A stretch of DNA of 64,000 nt. It comes from Armatimonadota bacterium. GTDB taxonomy: Bacteria; Armatimonadota; UBA5829; DTLH01. The DNA is taken from assembly GCA_039680575.1 (NCBI GenBank), contig JBDKSP010000088.1, forward strand, positions 63 through 64,062. The letters are read 5' to 3'. The number at the start of each line of letters is the position of its first letter. The stretch's first letter is position 1. This document shows, piece after piece, positions 60,501 through 64,000 of this stretch. The position numbers were made by a program, and so were the translations under genes. The notes beneath the pieces were generated by a model. The model had not been told where the DNA came from and did no database searches. It saw only the letters and a program-made list of their open reading frames with translations.

Positions 60501-63500
60501 GCGGCGACCCGTTAACACCGGTTATGCCATCTCCGATAGTCTCTGATTCGATAATCAGCGATGATGGAGCATCGAGCACAACATATACGTTTAGAGTTCG
60601 CTATTGGAACAAGGATAACATTCCTCCAAGAGCATGGCTAAAACCGTGGGCGGATGAATCTGGCGCTTCCGAATCAACGGGTGTTGTATTGTATCTTGAC
60701 CTGATGAATGTTCTCGATATTCCAGCAGAGAGCAGTCAAAGCAGCTATAGGCCGCACTTTATGACAAAGGAGTACACAGCCGATAACGACTATACAGACG
60801 GATGCGATTATATATATACAATCGCGCCGTCATCATCGAATGAGTACATATCCCTGATAACTGGAACATATCATTATTTCTTCGGATGTTCGGACGATTC
60901 GCTTAAATTAGATGATATGGATGATAACGTTGTTACAGATGATGACATTTTGCTTTTCGATGGTCAGCTGTCTGGCACTAGCTGGGCTAATTATGATCAA
61001 ACTAGCAGGACACTTACCCGTTCCAGTACTGGCCTAGATCCTTTCGAGCCAAGAAGCCTTAATGACAATGACGGCAGGCCTTGGATGCCGAGAGATATGG
61101 GTAGACGTTATAGCGCCTTCGGTGATGATAGTCCAGGCAGACCAATTAAGGATGAACCGGGTCCGCAGGATTGCCAGATATATGTCGACAGGCAGGATAG
61201 AGCACCGGGTCAATTCGAGTTCCTCTATCCTCAGCAGTATGAGTGGAAGTGTATAGAACATCCTGATATATCGATTACATTGAGTGGGTATGGCAGTAAA
61301 GCTGCCGATGGTTTCCCGAGGTTCTTTGGGACAATAAGTCCATTCTATAGAGCAGTAAACCCGAGCGAAGGTACACCGTGGGTATATGCCGGCTTCGGTT
61401 ATATGGCTTCACGCATGGAATCTTGTGGCGCCACGACTTCGACTATGCTTACGTTCAAGGTCAAGTGTTATCAGAGGGATAATACTGCTCCGCTCTGGGT
61501 GAAGGTCTTCATAAACAATGAGAGTATGAAGATTCTCGATTACAATACAGGGCAGTCGATGAAACCGGAGAACGGCGGTTATACAGGCTATACAATGATG
61601 CCTGCTGCCGTCCAAACATCGGAGTATCAGTCACAGACAGCGCCATACGATTATTCGCTTGGTGTTGATTACGAGTTCAAGACCCAGCTTCCCGCCGGGC
61701 CGCATACCTATTTCTTTATGGCAAACGATGGTATAGCGACTGCGCTTTATCCTGCAAGGCCTGAAGGAGATAAATGGATTGCAGGTGTACAGCAGAATGA
61801 TGATGCCGGATTCGATAACAATTACTGTCCGGGACCATATATCAACAATGCATGCCAATTGTTGACCCCGAGCGTAACTCCGGCGACTGGTATCCAGGGA
61901 CAGCAGTATGTATACAGGGTGCTATATAAAGATGCCGATGGGCAGCGCCCGTATAAGACAAAGATATATATCGATACAGGTACCACAAGTGGCGTAATAT
62001 CGGTAGATATGCTCAAAGAGGACCCATCCGCTTCTGATTATAAAAATGATGGCGTATGGTATGTGCTAAATACTGCAACGATGGAGGATCGTACACTTGC
62101 TAAGGGTGTAAGGCGCTATAGATTCGAGTTTACCGATGACTGGGGCAGGCCTGACGATCCTAACGACGCAATAGAAGGTCAGATGACAAACTATCCAGCG
62201 TCTGGCTCCTGGGTAGATGGTCCTACTATCGGTGAGAATGTACCTCCGACACTAAGGTATGGGAAGATAGAGAGCCCGGATGGTACGGCAAACGGAGCTA
62301 CGCTTTGGGGATTCGAAGTTGAATATAAAGACTTAAATAGCGATGCTCCCAAGTATGTAACTCTATACACAGGCAGATTACAAGATGATGGTACCACGAT
62401 AGAGTGGGACAACGGGACTCAAATGTCACAGGCCGACCCCGGTGACAGTATATACAGTGATGGTTGTGATTTCGTGTTGCAGAAGAGGCTGGAGCAGGCA
62501 TTAGATCCTACAGATGATGCGCCTACATATTATTATGCGTTTGAAGCGTCTGATGGTATAAGCCTGGCGACATGGGTAGGAGAAGATGATCCGACAATTG
62601 ATAAGATCTCTGAATCAGCGGGATGCCTTCTCAAGGAACCGCTTACAACAACGGATTATCTGACTTATTCCTGTAGTAAAACGCCTATTGTAGGGACGCT
62701 GCAGAACCAGCCGACAGATGCCGGTATTCTTATAGACCCGATTGTTTGGGCTTATATGAATGGCGATACGGCAAACCCGGTAATTTTGAGCCGGAAAGAC
62801 GAGTATGTATGTAAAGGCGTAAACCAGAATCTAACAGGAGCGAACACTGTATCTCGATATTACCCGGCAGATCCTCCGGGTTCGGATTTGATTCCGGTTG
62901 AGGCAATAGACCCGGCATATAAGCCGGACATTACTGAGGTTATTGGTGTATATGATAATTCCAGCTTAACAGGAACGAATTATTTCCTTGCGGATGATGG
63001 TACACCAGGAACATATTCAAGTACAAGTTTCATGATAACCTTGCAGAAGAGTCTCCCCTATGGTCAAAACTGGGTGTGGATCAAGTATAACCATAGCGGA
63101 AATCATTCTTATACGCTGGACCGGTGGAACGGTGAATTTACCTTCGATGAGGCAATGGATTCTACAGATGTGTTAGTAGTAGACTATTTCTTCGGAACAA
63201 AACACGAAATTCCGATAGGAATAAATATACCGCCGACATTGAGTAGTCCAAAGCTTACACCGATGGTAGGCGGATCCGGCACAGACTTCGTATATTCTAT
63301 AGAATATAAGGAGACTGAGGGGACGAATGGTCAAGCGCCATCGTTTGTTAGGGTCGTTATAGACGGTGTAGAGCACACGATGAGCACGACAGTGTCGGAT
63401 ACACCGTCCTATAGATCAAGCGTAGTATATAAATATACCGCGAAGCTTGAGAGCGGCGCGCATGAATATTACTTCACTACCAGTGATGGTGTGGGACTGG

Positions 63501-64000
63501 TAACATTACCGGAGGTGAATCAGACTACCGGAAAAATAGAGGCATACGTTGGACCATGGGTGAATAATTCACCAGCGCTCAGCGATGGATCAGCGACACC
63601 GAACCCGGATTCCGGAAGTATAAGTACGACGCAGAGTGTAGTGTATTCGGTAACTTACAGCGATCGCGACGGTGATTTGCCGATTACATTAGCTCCGTTC
63701 GCCAACGATCTGGGAGCGGCAGACGAAATAAAACTTATGAAGTTCCCGATGCCGCTGCTATACACGGACAACACAAATGAGACCTGGAATGTCGGAATCG
63801 TCGATGATATTATCGAAGACCCGGCTCAACCTGGTAAATACAGGTGTATTCGTGTTATGGGAAGTGACGGTCAATCAGCGAGTTATAAAGTAGACCAGTT
63901 TGCTGGAAAGCTGATACAGTTCATTGGCGGTGATCTGGACGGAAGAGTCTATCTGATTGCCAACAATACCAGCAACGTCCTCAAACTGATGACGGATGAC
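57527..64000 (+). CDS. giant repeat-rich secreted protein, 5'-partial view: more than 2,158 codons open to the window end
   Basis: Translated by hand codon by codon from the ATG at 57527 to position 64000 without a stop. GGAAGGAAG Shine-Dalgarno 9 nt upstream. N-terminus MIGVCKRLALVLVFIFGIMSPVYA is a signal peptide. Contains at least two repeated module families. Missing from the ORF track because no stop lies in the window. Confidence 0.8.
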   Translation, partial: MIGVCKRLALVLVFIFGIMSPVYANLSGGTVGPAHPTVNSISNIRSVWEVEDQKIPDTEVWRTYELGRNRLTTASAWQVNPSYYSLQPDPDATITETYNAVDVVESVYVEVDGSGNIVLPENAVGIKGVWIDRWQRKSVWPGGAFTGNTITSAQVTLPAGIAHVFVSYYKAGTNLIHVENAPLPSEYTVYKYPVTAGLKKIVINPEILRLDPDTAGLRNGGDEWNNLLGVYDNESLKGVDYAASRNIDTASSTISFSRTVSSNVRNLYVKVSTYAIDYVSINGNQVLPTSYDPDTGEIVLPEEVTTGQAVEVSYRPLGRNVVTVAQVPITAVTSVSSENGNCTVQGFDAATGKITLQDPLEQGTRTLYCVYTATDMQNVTGEGSWSWMEGGKPFPIVRESDDQDQRYASLQPDPATGGVRVKGGHVKYGPYRLDEWVFHGVDRVDDEDAVGVTMLDGDGKTITTTGIVDAADDNWGWTGIFLLPAHEPVLIKSVIISSIIDGEFVTDNYAEFAQIMDIKTAAGDTVRGIYIDTDTADVGERAFAARISYYVSGKNMVLVPGPLPMPATVREIDLDNLFQPRSNLLRINPNLIQFDPDTENWRANALSTNLLDGYNVLGVFDNANLTGWNYWTPGSGKITIDATGAAVLQLNCVPTSSVTRLFVKVSSYAVDGVFTQSTGGANYYPGRLADALATDPGNDVMNDGHDYAWYDPNITSEKLESTGYAETRIGEIHLAKSLPASGQAVYVSWRKLSRKSVSPARPRVMAVPVFQYLGDPDMPMDEDENPPIDAIGYLSATPPVNSVRLNSSGSLPEGTQNVYYMEYHAGMCVGGTATSAVYVYGLLRFTFQPMYIVPAESSATEFVYRLAVSAGLNMSKAIQQPSYDLNDRTNNLLLMDPRAHPVDYAPLIKTEQGRIDPITREFEFYAASHPDKLGSTPTISQKGPISTTVHASTVGRGTDGTVDYGGTYRYGYGLDWLTNYNTDPDFPVSFAGGDPLTPVMPSPIVSDSIISDDGASSTTYTFRVRYWNKDNIPPRAWLKPWADESGASESTGVVLYLDLMNVLDIPAESSQSSYRPHFMTKEYTADNDYTDGCDYIYTIAPSSSNEYISLITGTYHYFFGCSDDSLKLDDMDDNVVTDDDILLFDGQLSGTSWANYDQTSRTLTRSSTGLDPFEPRSLNDNDGRPWMPRDMGRRYSAFGDDSPGRPIKDEPGPQDCQIYVDRQDRAPGQFEFLYPQQYEWKCIEHPDISITLSGYGSKAADGFPRFFGTISPFYRAVNPSEGTPWVYAGFGYMASRMESCGATTSTMLTFKVKCYQRDNTAPLWVKVFINNESMKILDYNTGQSMKPENGGYTGYTMMPAAVQTSEYQSQTAPYDYSLGVDYEFKTQLPAGPHTYFFMANDGIATALYPARPEGDKWIAGVQQNDDAGFDNNYCPGPYINNACQLLTPSVTPATGIQGQQYVYRVLYKDADGQRPYKTKIYIDTGTTSGVISVDMLKEDPSASDYKNDGVWYVLNTATMEDRTLAKGVRRYRFEFTDDWGRPDDPNDAIEGQMTNYPASGSWVDGPTIGENVPPTLRYGKIESPDGTANGATLWGFEVEYKDLNSDAPKYVTLYTGRLQDDGTTIEWDNGTQMSQADPGDSIYSDGCDFVLQKRLEQALDPTDDAPTYYYAFEASDGISLATWVGEDDPTIDKISESAGCLLKEPLTTTDYLTYSCSKTPIVGTLQNQPTDAGILIDPIVWAYMNGDTANPVILSRKDEYVCKGVNQNLTGANTVSRYYPADPPGSDLIPVEAIDPAYKPDITEVIGVYDNSSLTGTNYFLADDGTPGTYSSTSFMITLQKSLPYGQNWVWIKYNHSGNHSYTLDRWNGEFTFDEAMDSTDVLVVDYFFGTKHEIPIGINIPPTLSSPKLTPMVGGSGTDFVYSIEYKETEGTNGQAPSFVRVVIDGVEHTMSTTVSDTPSYRSSVVYKYTAKLESGAHEYYFTTSDGVGLVTLPEVNQTTGKIEAYVGPWVNNSPALSDGSATPNPDSGSISTTQSVVYSVTYSDRDGDLPITLAPFANDLGAADEIKLMKFPMPLLYTDNTNETWNVGIVDDIIEDPAQPGKYRCIRVMGSDGQSASYKVDQFAGKLIQFIGGDLDGRVYLIANNTSNVLKLMTDD

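Noticed and set aside
1-64000. CRISPR arrays, rRNA genes, transposase/integrase genes, toxin-antitoxin or recognisable defence-system genes
   Set aside because: None found: no regularly spaced direct repeats with unique spacers, no rRNA-like conserved blocks, and no ORF with recombinase, nuclease or defence ATPase signatures.

Overview
The window reads as a bacterial (probably diderm) chromosome segment of moderately high GC content. About 49 kb of it is conserved housekeeping operons; the last ~14 kb is an accessory-looking block of large secreted proteins. Left to right:

- miaA-hfq-dapF-dapL-(membrane ORF)-hflX.
- A GyrI-like gene and tRNA-Glu on the minus strand.
- A complete dcw cell-wall cluster, mraZ-rsmH-ftsL-ftsI-murE-murF-mraY-murD-ftsW-murG-murC, which stops after murC.
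- A pentose-phosphate/phosphoketolase block: transaldolase-like, rpe, tkt, rpiB, a GH130-like phosphorylase, xfp, a HAD hydrolase, and PMM/PGM.
- A five-gene minus-strand YbhGFSR-type ABC exporter with an HlyD adaptor and a TolC-like outer-membrane protein.
- A secreted ConA-like protein, a PAP2 phosphatase, argC-argJ, tRNA-Leu, polA, rpsA, coaE.
- A co-directional cluster of very large secreted proteins (49.9 kb to the window end): a CsgG/LpoB-like lipoprotein-like protein, a subtilisin S8 protease, a 903-aa paralog sharing its C-terminal module, and a giant ORF.

The giant ORF is absent from the supplied ORF track. It is a repeat-rich secreted protein with a signal peptide, at least 2,158 codons, open from 57527 to past position 64000.

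Several families of intergenic palindromic (REP-like) repeats occur, and there is a possible small MITE-like element next to tRNA-Leu. No CRISPR array, rRNA genes or obvious transposase/integrase genes were seen.
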